Shown here: positions 44,877-57,900 of the stretch, one piece after another
Layout of the letters: every line of letters begins with the position of its first letter
How positions within the stretch are numbered: the first letter of the stretch is position 1
Assembly (NCBI RefSeq): GCF_009914755.1
Contig: NC_060925.1
DNA from: the human T2T-CHM13v2.0 reference genome, Homo sapiens
Direction: 5' to 3' (one strand)
Length of the DNA: 64,000 nucleotides
Program-made: the position numbers and the translations under genes
The notes under the pieces: model-generated
Databases searched by the model: none
What the model was told of the DNA's origin: nothing
What the model saw: the letters and a program-made list of their open reading frames with translations, nothing else

Positions 44877-47120
44877 ATGGAATCGTCATCGAATGAATTG
44901 AATGCAATCATCGAATGGTCTCGAATGGAATCATCTTCTAATGGAAAGGAATGGAATCATCGCATAGAATCGAATGGAATTATCATCGAATGGAATCGAA
45001 TGGTATCAACACCAAACGGAAAAAAACGGAATTATCGAATGGAATCGAAGAGAATCTTCGAACGGACCCGAATGGAATCATCTAATGGAATGGAATGGAA
45101 TAATCCATGGACTCGAATGCAATCATCATCGAATGGAATGGAATGGAATCATCGAATGGACTCGAATGAAATAATCATTGAACGGAATCGAATGGAATCA
45201 TCATCGGATGGAAACGAATGGAATCATCATCGAATGGAAATGAAAGGAGTCATCATCTAATGGAATTGCATGGAATCATCATCAAATGGAATCGAATGGA
45301 ATCAACATCAAATGGAATCAAATGGAATCATTGAACGGAATTGAATGGAATCGTCATCGAATGAATTGACTGCAATCATCGAATGGTCTCGAATGGAATC
45401 ATCTTCAAATGGAATGGAATGGAATCATCGCATAGAATCGAATGGAATTATCATCGAATGGAATCGAATGGAATCAACATCAAACGGAAAAAAACGGAAT
45501 TATCGAATGGAATCGAAGAGAATCATCGAATGGACCCGAATGGAATCATCTAATGGAATGGAATGGAATAATCCATGGACTCGAATGCAATCATCATCGA
45601 ATGGAATCGAATGGAATCATCGAATGGACTCGAATGGAATAATCATTGAACGGAATCGAATGGAATCATCATCGGATGGAAACGAATGGAATCATCATCG
45701 AATGGAAATGAAAGGAGTCATCATCTAATGGAATTGCATGGAATCATCATAAAATGGAATCGAATGGAATCAACATCAAATGGAATCAAATGGAATCATT
45801 GAACGGAATTGAATGGAATCGTCATCGAATGAATTGACTGCAATCATCGAATGGTCTCGAATGGAATCATCTTCAAATGGAATGGAATGGAATCATCGCA
45901 TAGAATCGAATGGAATTATCATCGAATGGAATCGAATGGAATCAACATCAAACGGAAAAAAACGGAATTATCGAATGGAATCGAAGAGAATCATGGAATG
46001 GACCCGAATGGAATCATCTAATGGAATGGAATGGAATAATCCATGGACTCGAATGCAATCATCATCGAATGGAATCGAATGGAATCATCGAATGGACTCG
46101 AATGGAATAATCATTGAACGGAATCGAATGGAATCATCATCGGATGGAAATGAATGGAATCATCATCGAATGGAATCGAATAGAATTATGGAATGAAATC
46201 CAGTGTGATCATCATCGAATGTACCCGAATGGAATCATCATCCAACGGAAGCTAATGGAATCAACATCGAATGAATCGAATGGAAACACCATCGAATTGA
46301 AACGAATGGAATTATCATGAAATTGAAATGGATGGACTCATCATGGAATGGGTTCGAATAGAATCATCGAATAAAATTGATTGAAATCATCATCCAATGG
46401 AATCGAATGGTATCATTGAATGGAATCGAATGGAATCATCATCAGATGGAAATGAATGGAATCGTCATAGAATGGAATCGAATGGATTCATTGAATGGAA
46501 TCAGATGGAATCATCGAATGGACTGAAATGGAATCATTGAATGGACTCGAAAGGGATCATGATTGAATGGAATTGAATGGAATCATCGAATGGTCTCGAT
46601 TGGAATCATTATCAAATGGAATGGAATGGAATCACCGAATAGAATCGAATGGAACAATCATCGAATGGACTCAAATGGAATTATCCTCCAATGGAATCGA
46701 ATGGAATTATCGAATGCAATCGAATGGAATTATCGAATGCAATCGAATAGAATCATCGAATGGACTCGAATGGAATCATCGAATGGAATGGAATGGAACA
46801 GTCAATGAACTCGAATGGAATCATCATTGAATGGAATCGAATGGAATCATCGAGTGGAATCGAATGGAATTATGATCAAATGGAATCGAATGTAATCATC
46901 ATCAAATGGAATCAAAAATAACCATCATCAATTGGTATTGAATGGAATTGTCATCAAATGGAATTCAAAGGAATCATCATCAAATGGAACCGAATGGAAT
47001 CCTCATTGAATGGAAATGAAAGGGGTCATCATCTAATGGAATCGCATGGAATCATCATCAAATGGAATCGAATGGAATCATCATCAAATGGAATCTAATG
47101 GAATCATTGAACAGAAATGA
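44877..47120 (+). repeat. Expanded 2244-bp unit with three 468-bp subrepeats
   Basis: Subrepeat ORFs at 44877, 45345 and 45813 (468 bp apart); next anchor at 47121. Confidence 0.93.
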
Positions 47121-50100
47121 ATGGAATCGTCATCGAATGAATTGAATGCAATCATCGAATGGTCTCGAATGGAATCATCTTCTAATGGAAAGGAATGGAA
47201 TCATCGCATAGAATCGAATGGAATTATCATCGAATGGAATCGAATGGTATCAACACCAAACGGAAAAAAACGGAATTATCGAATGGAATCGAAGAGAATC
47301 TTCGAACGGACCCGAATGGAATCATCTAATGGAATGGAATGGAATAATCCATGGACTCGAATGCAATCATCATCGAATGGAATGGAATGGAATCATCGAA
47401 TGGACTCGAATGGAATAATCATTGAACGGAATCGAATGGAATCATCATCGGATGGAAACGAATGGAATCATCATCGAATGGAAATGAAAGGAGTCATCAT
47501 CTAATGGAATTGCATGGAATCATCATCAAATGGAATCGAATGGAATCAACATCAAATGGAATCAAATGGAATCATTGAACGGAATTGAATGGAATCGTCA
47601 TCGAATGAATTGACTGCAATCATCGAATGGTCTCGAATGGAATCATCTTCAAATGGAATGGAATGGAATCATCGCATAGAATCGAATGGAATTATCATCG
47701 AATGGAATCGAATGGAATCAACATCAAACGGAAAAAAACGGAATTATCGAATGGAATCGAAGAGAATCATCGAATGGACCCGAATGGAATCATCTAATGG
47801 AATGGAATGGAATAATCCATGGACTCGAATGCAATCATCATCGAATGGAATCGAATGGAATCATCGAATGGACTCGAATGGAATAATCATTGAACGGAAT
47901 CGAATGGAATCATCATCGGATGGAAATGAATGGAATCATCATCGAATGGAATCGAATAGAATTATGGAATGAAATCCAGTGTGATCATCATCGAATGGAC
48001 CCGAATGGAATCATCATCCAACGGAAGCTAATGGAATCAACATCGAATGAATCGAATGGAAACACCATCGAATTGAAACGAATGGAATTATCATGAAATT
48101 GAAATGGATGGACTCATCATCGAATGGATTCGAATGGAATTATCGAATAAAATTGATTGAAATCATCATCCAATGGAATCGAATGGTATCATTGAATGGA
48201 ATCGAATGGAATCATCATCAGATGGAAATGAATGGAATCGTCATAGAATGGAATCGAATGGATTCATTGAATGGAATCAGATGGAATCATCGAATGGACT
48301 GGAATGGAATCATTGAATGGACTCGAAAGGGATCATGATTGAATGGAATTGAATGGAATCATCGAATGGTCTCGATTGGAATCATTATCAAATGGAATCG
48401 AATGGAATCACCGAATAGAATCGAATGGAACAATCATAGAATGGACTCAAATGGAATTATCCTCCAATGGAATCGAATGGAATTATCGAATGCAATCGAA
48501 TGGAATTATCGAATGCAATCGAATAGAATCATCGAATGGACTCGAATGGAATCATCGAATGGAATGGAATGGAACAGTCAATGAACTCGAATGGAATCAT
48601 CATTGAATGGAATCGAATGGAATCATCGAGTGGAATCGAATGGAATTATGATCAAATGGAATCGAATGTAATCATCATCAAATGGAATCAAAAATAACCA
48701 TCATCAATTGGTATTGAATGGAATTGTCATCAAATGGAATTCAAAGGAATCATCATCAAATGGAACCGAATGGAATCCTCATTGAATGGAAATGAAAGGG
48801 GTCATCATCTAACGGAATCGCATGGAATCATCATCAAATGGAATCTAATGGAATCATTGAACAGAATTGAATGGAATCGTCATCGAATGAATTGAATGCA
48901 ATCATCGAATGGTCTCGAATGGAATCATCTTCTAATGGAAAGGAATGGAATCATCGCATAGAATCGAATGGAATTATCATCGAATGGAATCGAATGGTAT
49001 CAACACCAAACGGAAAAAAACGGAATTATCGAATGGAATCGAAGAGAATCTTCGAACGGACCCGAATGGAATCATCTAATGGAATGGAATGGAATAATCC
49101 ATGGACTCGAATGCAATCATCATCGAATGGAATGGAATGGAATCATCGAATGGACTCGAATGGAATAATCATTGAACGGAATCGAATGGAATCATCATCG
49201 GATGGAAACGAATGGAATCATCATCGAATGGAAATGAAAGGAGTCATCATCTAATGGAATTGCATGGAATCATCATCAAATGGAATCGAATGGAATCAAC
49301 ATCAAATGGAATCAAATGGAATCATTGAACGGAATTGAATGGAATCGTCATCGAATGAATTGACTGCAATCATCGAATGGTCTCGAATGGAATCATCTTC
49401 AAATGGAATGGAATGGAATCATCGCATAGAATCGAATGGAATTATCATCGAATGGAATCGAATGGAATCAACATCAAACGGAAAAAAACGGAATTATCGA
49501 ATGGAATCGAAGAGAATCATCGAATGGACCCGAATGGAATCATCTAATGGAATGGAATGGAATAATCCATGGACTCGAATGCAATCATCATCGAATGGAA
49601 TCGAATGGAATCATCGAATGGACTCGAATGGAATAATCATTGAACGGAATCGAATGGAATCATCATCGGATGGAAATGAATGGAATCATCATCGAATGGA
49701 ATCGAATAGAATTATGGAATGAAATCCAGTGTGATCATCATCGAATGGACCCGAATGGAATCATCATCCAACGGAAGCTAATGGAATCAACATCGAATGA
49801 ATCGAATGGAAACACCATCGAATTGAAACGAATGGAATTATCATGAAATTGAAATGGATGGACTCATCATCGAATGGATTCGAATGGAATCATCGAATAA
49901 AATTGATTGAAATCATCATCGAATGGAATCGAATGGTATCATTGAATGGAATCGAATGGAATCATCATCAGATGGAAATGAATGGAATCGTCATAGAATG
50001 GAATCGAATGGATTCATTGAATGGAATCAGATGGAATCATCGAATGGACTGGAATGGAATCATTGAATGGACTCGAAAGGGATCATGATTGAATGGAATT

Positions 50101-50646
50101 GAATGGAATCATCGAATGGTCTCGATTGGAATCATTATCAAATGGAATCGAATGGAATCACCGAATAGAATCGAATGGAACAATCATCGAATGGACTCAA
50201 ATGGAATTATCCTCAAATGGAATGGAATGGAATTATCGAATGCAATCGAATGGAATTATCGAATGCAATCGAATAGAATCATCGAATGGACTCGAATGGA
50301 ATCATCGAATGGAATGGAATGGAACAGTCAATGAACACGAATGGAATCATCATTGAATGGAATCGAATGGAATCATCGAGTGGAATCGAATGGAATTATG
50401 ATCAAATGGAATCGAATGTAATCATCATCAAATGGAATCAAAAATAACCATCATCAATTGGTATTGAATGGAATTGTCATCAAATGGAATTCAAAGGAAT
50501 CATCATCAAATGGAACCGAATGGAATCCTCATTGAATGGAAATGAAAGGGGTCATCATCTAATGGAATCGCATGGAATCATCATCAATTGGAATCGAATG
50601 GAATCATCATCAAATGGAATCTAATGGAATCATTGAACAGAATTGA

Positions 50647-51929
50647 ATGGAATCGTCATCGAATGAATTGAATGCAATCATCGAATGGTCTCGAATGGAA
50701 TCATCTTCTAATGGAAAGGAATGGAATCATCGCATAGAATCGAATGGAATTATCATCGAATGGAATCGAATGGTATCAACACCAAACGGAAAAAAACGGA
50801 ATTATCGAATGGAATCGAAGAGAATCTTCGAACGGACCCGAATGGAATCATCTAATGGAATGGAATGGAATAATCCATGGACTCGAATGCAATCATCATC
50901 GAATGGAATAGAATGGAATGGAATCATCGAATGGACTCGAATGGAATAATCATTGAACGGAATCGAATGGAATCATCATCGGATGGAAACGAATGGAATC
51001 ATCATCGAATGGAAATGAAAGGAGTCATCATCTAATGGAATTGCATGGAATCATCATCAAATGGAATCGAATGGAATCAACATCAAATGGAATCAAATGG
51101 AATCATTGAACGGAATTGAATGGAATCGTCATCGAATGAATTGACTGCAATCATCGAATGGTCTCGAATGGAATCATCTTCAAATGGAATGGAATGGAAT
51201 CATCGCATAGAATCGAATGGAATTATCATCGAATGGAATCGAATGGAATCAACATCAAACGGAAAAAAACGGAATTATCGAATGGAATCGAAGAGAATCA
51301 TCGAATGGACCCGAATGGAATCATCTAATGGAATGGAATGGAATAATCCATGGACTCGAATGCAATCATCATCGAATGGAATTGAATGGAATCATCGAAT
51401 GGTCTCGATTGGAATCATTATCAAATGGAATCGAATGGAATCACCGAATAGAATCGAATGGAACAATCATCGAATGGACTCAAATGGAATTATCCTCCAA
51501 TGGAATCGAATGGAATTATCGAATGCAATCGAATGGAATTATCGAATGCAATCGAATAGAATCATCGAATGGACTCGAATGGAATCATCGAATGGAATGG
51601 AATGGAACAGTCAATGAACTCGAATGGAATCATCATTGAATGGAATCGAATGGAATCATCGAGTGGAATCGAATGGAATTATGATCAAATGGAATCGAAT
51701 GTAATCATCATCAAATGGAATCAAAAATAACCATCATCAATTGGTATTGAATGGAATTGTCATCAAATGGAATTCAAAGGAATCATCATCAAATGGAACC
51801 GAATGGAATCCTCATTGAATGGAAATGAAAGGGGTCATCATCTAATGGAATCGCATGGAATCATCATCAAATGGAATCGAATGGAATCATCATCAAATGG
51901 AATCTAATGGAATCATTGAACAGAATTGA
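50647..51929 (+). repeat. Truncated 1283-bp unit (498-bp deletion near 51378 plus 5-bp insertion near 50910)
   Basis: Junction TGCAATCATCATCGAATGGAATTGAATGGAATCATCGAATGGTCTCGATT; fused ORF 51120..51617; 1776+5-498=1283. Confidence 0.9.
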
Positions 51930-54900
51930 ATGGAATCGTCATCGAATGAATTGAATGCAATCATCGAATGGTCTCGAATGGAATCATCTTCTAATGGAAA
52001 GGAATGGAATCATCGCATAGAATCGAATGGAATTATCATCGAATGGAAAAGAATGGTATCAACACCAAACGGAAAAAAACGGAATTATCGAATGGAATCG
52101 AAGAGAATCTTCGAACGGACCCGAATGGAATCATCTAATGGAATGGAATGGAATAATCCATGGACTCGAATGCAATCATCATCGAATGGAATGGAATGGA
52201 ATCATCGAATGGACTCGAATGGAATAATCATTGAACGGAATCGAATGGAATCATCATCGGATGGAAACGAATGGAATCATCATCGAATGGAAATGAAAGG
52301 AGTCATCATCTAATGGAATTGCATGGAATCATCATAAAATGGAATCGAATGGAATCAACATCAAATGGAATCAAATGGAATCATTGAACGGAATTGAATG
52401 GAATCGTCATCGAATGAATTGACTGCAATCATCGAATGGTCTCGAATGGAATCATCTTCAAATGGAATGGAATGGAATCATCGCATAGAATCGAATGGAA
52501 TTATCATCGAATAGAATCGAATGGAATCAACATCAAACGGAAAAAAACAGAATTATCGTATGGAATCGAAGAGAATCATCGAATGGACCCGAATGGAATC
52601 ATCTAATGGAATGGAATGGAATAATCCATGGACTCGAATGCAATCATCATCGAATGGAATCGAATGGAATCATCGAATGGACTCGAATGGAATAATCATT
52701 GAACGGAATCGAATGGAATCATCATCGGATGGAAATGAATGGAATCATCATCGAATGGAATCGAATAGAATTATGGAATGAAATCCAGTGTGATCATCAT
52801 CGAATGGACCCGAATGGAATCATCATCCAACGGAAGCTAATGGAATCAACATCGAATGAATCGAATGGAAACACCATCGAATTGAAACGAATGGAATTAT
52901 CATGAAATTGAAATGGATGGACTCATCATCGAATGGATTCGAATGGAATCATCGAATAAAATTGATTGAAATCATCATCCAATGGAATCGAATGGTATCA
53001 TTGAATGGAATCGAATGGAATCATCATCAGATGGAAATGAATGGAATCGTCATAGAATGGAATCGAGTGGATTCATTGAATGGAATCAGATGGAATCATC
53101 GAATGGACTGGAATGGAATCATTGAATGGACTCGAAAGGGATCATGATTGAATGGAATTGAATGGAATCATCGAATGGTCTCGATTGGAATCATTATCAA
53201 ATGGAATCGAATGGAATCACCGAATAGAATCGAATGGAACAATCATCGAATGGACTCAAATGGAATTATCCTCAAATGGAATCGAATGGAATTATCGAAT
53301 GCAATCGAATGGAATTATCGAATGCAATCGAATAGAATCATCGAAAGGACTCGAATGGAATCATCGAATGGAATGGAATGGAACAGTCAATGAACTCGAA
53401 TGGAATCATCATTGAATGGAATCCAATGGAATCATCGAGTGGAATCGAATGGAATTATGATCAAATGGAATCTAATGTAATCATCATCAAATGGAATCAA
53501 AAATAACCATCATCAATTGGTATTGAATTGAATTGTCATCAAATGGAATTCAAAGGAATCATCATCAAATGGAACCGAATGGAATCCTCATTGAATGGAA
53601 ATGAAAGGGGTCATCATCTAATGGAATCGCATGGAATCATCATCAAATGGAATCGAATGGAATCATCATCAAATGGAATCTAATGGAATCATTGAACAGA
53701 ATTGAATGGAATCGTCATCGAATGAATTGAATGCAATCATCGAATGGTCTCGAATGGAATCATCTTCTAATGGAAAGGAATGGAATCATCGCATAGAATC
53801 GAATGGAATTATCATCGAATGGAATCGAATGGTATCAACACCAAACGGAAAAAAACGGAATTATCGAATGGAATCGAAGAGAATCTTCGAACGGACCCGA
53901 ATGGAATCATCTAATGGAATGGAATGGAATAATCCATGGACTCGAATGCAATCATCATCGAATGGAATGGAATGGAATCATCGAATGGACTCGAATGGAA
54001 TAATCATTGAACGGAATCGAATGGAATCATCATCGGATGGAAACGAATGGAATCATCATCGAATGGAAATGAAAGGAGTCATCATCTAATGGAATTGCAT
54101 GGAATCATCATAAAATGGAATCGAATGGAATCAACATCAAATGGAATCAAATGGAATCATTGAACGGAATTGAATGGAATCGTCATCGAATGAATTGACT
54201 GCAATCATCGAATGGTCTCGAATGGAATCATCTTCAAATGGAATGGAATGGAATCATCGCATAGAATCGAATGGAATTATCATCGAATGGAATCGAATGG
54301 AATCAACATCAAACGGAAAAAAACGGAATTATCGAATGGAATCGAAGAGAATCATCGAATGGACCCGAATGGAATCATCTAATGGAATGGAATGGAATAA
54401 TCCATGGACTCGAATGCAATCATCATCGAATGGAATCGAATGGAATCATCGAATGGACTCGAATGGAATAATCATTGAACGGAATCGAATGGAATCATCA
54501 TCGGATGGAAATGAATGGAATCATCATCGAATGGAATCGAATAGAAATATGGAATGAAATCCAGTGTGATCATCATCGAATGGACCCGAATGGAATCATC
54601 ATCCAACGGAAGCTAATGGAATCAACATCGAATGAATCGAATGGAAACACCATCGAATTGAAACGAATGGAATTATCATGAAATTGAAATGGATGGACTC
54701 ATCATCAAATGGATTCGAATGGAATCATCGAATAAAATTGATTGAAATCATCATCGAATGGAATCGAATGGTATCATTGAATGGAATCGAATGGAATCAT
54801 CATCAGATGGAAATGAATGGAATCGTCATAGAATGGAATCGAATGGATTCATTGAATGGAATCAGATGGAATCATCGAATGGACTGGAATGGAATCATTG

Positions 54901-57900
54901 AATGGACTCGAAAGGGATCATTATTGAATGGAATTGAATGGAATCATCGAATGGTCTCGATTGGAATCATTATCAAATGGAATCGAATGGAATCACCGAA
55001 TAGAATCGAATGGAACAATCATCGAATGGACTCAAATGGAATTATCCTCCAATGGAATCGAATGGAATTATCGAATGCAATCGAATGGAATTATCGAATG
55101 CAATCGAATAGAATCATCGAATGGACTCGAATGGAATCATCGAATGGAATGGAATGGAACAGTCAATGAACTCGAATGGAATCATCATTGAATGGAATCG
55201 AATGGAATCATCGAGTGGAATCGAATGGAATTATGATCAAATGGAATCGAATGTAATCATCATCAAATGGAATCAAAAATAACCATCATCAATTGGTATT
55301 GAATGGAATTGTCATCAAATGGAATTCAAAGGAATCATCATCAAATGGAACCGAATGGAATCCTCATTGAATGGAAATGAAAGGGGTCATCATCTAATGG
55401 AATCGCATGGAATCATCATCAAATGGAATCGAATGGAATCATCATCAAATGGAATCTAATGGAATCATTGAACAGAATTGAATGGAATCGTCATCGAATG
55501 AATTGAATGCAATCATCGAATGGTCTCGAATGGAATCATCTTCTAATGGAAAGGAATGGAATCATCGCATAGAATCGAATGGAATTATCATCGAATGGAA
55601 TCGAATGGTATCAACACCAAACGGAAAAAAACGGAATTATCGAATGGAATCGAAGAGAATCTTCGAACGGACCCGAATGGAATCATCTAATGGAATGGAA
55701 TGGAATAATCCATGGACTCGAATGCAATCATCATCGAATGGAATCGAATGGAATCATCGAATGGACGCGAATGGAATAGTCATTGAACGGAATCGAATGG
55801 AATCATCATCGGATGGAAACGAATGGAATCATCATCGAATGGAAATGAAAGGAGTCATCATCTAATGGAATTGCATGGAATCATCATAAAATGGAATCGA
55901 ATGGAATCAACATCAAATGGAATCAAATGGAATCATTGAACGGAATTGAATGGAATCGTCATCGAATGAATTGACTGCAATCATCGAATGGTCTCGAATG
56001 GAATCATCTTCAAATGGAATGGAATGGAATCATCGCATAGAATCGAATGGAATTATCATCGAATAGAATCGAATGGAATCAACATCAAACGGAAAAAAAC
56101 AGAATTATCGTATGGAATCGAAGAGAATCATCGAATGGACCCGAATGGAATCATCTAATGGAATGGAATGGAATAATCCATGGACTCGAATGCAATCATC
56201 ATCGAATGGAATCGAATGGAATCATCGAATGGACTCGAATGGAATAATCATTGAACGGAATCGAATGGAATCATCATCGGATGGAAATGAATGGAATCAT
56301 CATCGAATGGAATCGAATAGAATTATGGAATGAAATCCAGTGTGATCATCATCGAATGGACCCGAATGGAATCATCATCCAACGGAAGCTAATGGAATCA
56401 ACATCGAATGAATCGAATGGAAACACCATCGAATTGAAACGAATGGAATTATCATGAAATTGAAATGGATGGACTCATCATCGAATGGATTCGAATGGAA
56501 TCATCGAATAAAATTGATTGAAATCATCATCCAATGGAATCGAATGGTATCATTGAATGGAATCGAATGGAATCATCATCAGATGGAAATGAATGGAATC
56601 GTCATAGAATGGAATCGAGTGGATTCATTGAATGGAATCAGATGGAATCATCGAATGGACTGGAATGGAATCATTGAATGGACTCGAAAGGGATCATGAT
56701 TGAATGGAATTGAATGGAATCATCGAATGGTCTCGATTGGAATCATTATCAAATGGAATCGAATGGAATCACCGAATAGAATCGAATGGAACAATCATCG
56801 AATGGACTCAAATGGAATTATCCTCAAATGGAATCGAATGGAATTATCGAATGCAATCGAATGGAATTATCGAATGCAATCGAATAGAATCATCGAAAGG
56901 ACTCGAATGGAATCATCGAATGGAATGGAATGGAACAGTCAATGAACTCGAATGGAATCATCATTGAATGGAATCCAATGGAATCATCGAGTGGAATCGA
57001 ATGGAATTATGATCAAATGGAATCTAATGTAATCATCATCAAATGGAATCAAAAATAACCATCATCAATTGGTATTGAATTGAATTGTCATCAAATGGAA
57101 TTCAAAGGAATCATCATCAAATGGAACCGAATGGAATCCTCATTGAATGGAAATGAAAGGGATCATCATCTAATGGAATCGCATGGAATCATCATCAAAT
57201 GGAATCGAATGGAATCATCATCAAATGGAATCTAATGGAATCATTGAACAGAATTGAATGGAATCGTCATCGAATGAATTGAATGCAATCATCGAATGGT
57301 CTCGAATGGAATCATCTTCTAATGGAAAGGAATGGAATCATCGCATAGAATCGAATGGAATTATCATCGAATGGAATCGAATGGTATCAACACCAAACGG
57401 AAAAAAACGGAATTATCGAATGGAATCGAAGAGAATCTTCGAACGGACCCGAATGGAATCATCTAATGGAATGGAATGGAATAATCCATGGACTCGAATG
57501 CAATCATCATCGAATGGAATGGAATGGAATCATCGAATGGACTCGAATGGAATAATCATTGAACGGAATCGAATGGAATCATCATCGGATGGAAACGAAT
57601 GGAATCATCATCGAATGGAAATGAAAGGAGTCATCATCTAATGGAATTGCATGGAATCATCATCAAATGGAATCGAATGGAATCAACATCAAATGGAATC
57701 AAATGGAATCATTGAACGGAATTGAATGGAATCGTCATCGAATGAATTGACTGCAATCATCGAATGGTCTCGAATGGAATCATCTTCAAATGGAATGGAA
57801 TGGAATCATCGCATAGAATCGAATGGAATTATCATCGAATGGAATCGAATGGAATCAACATCAAACGGAAAAAAACGGAATTATCGAATGGAATCGAAGA

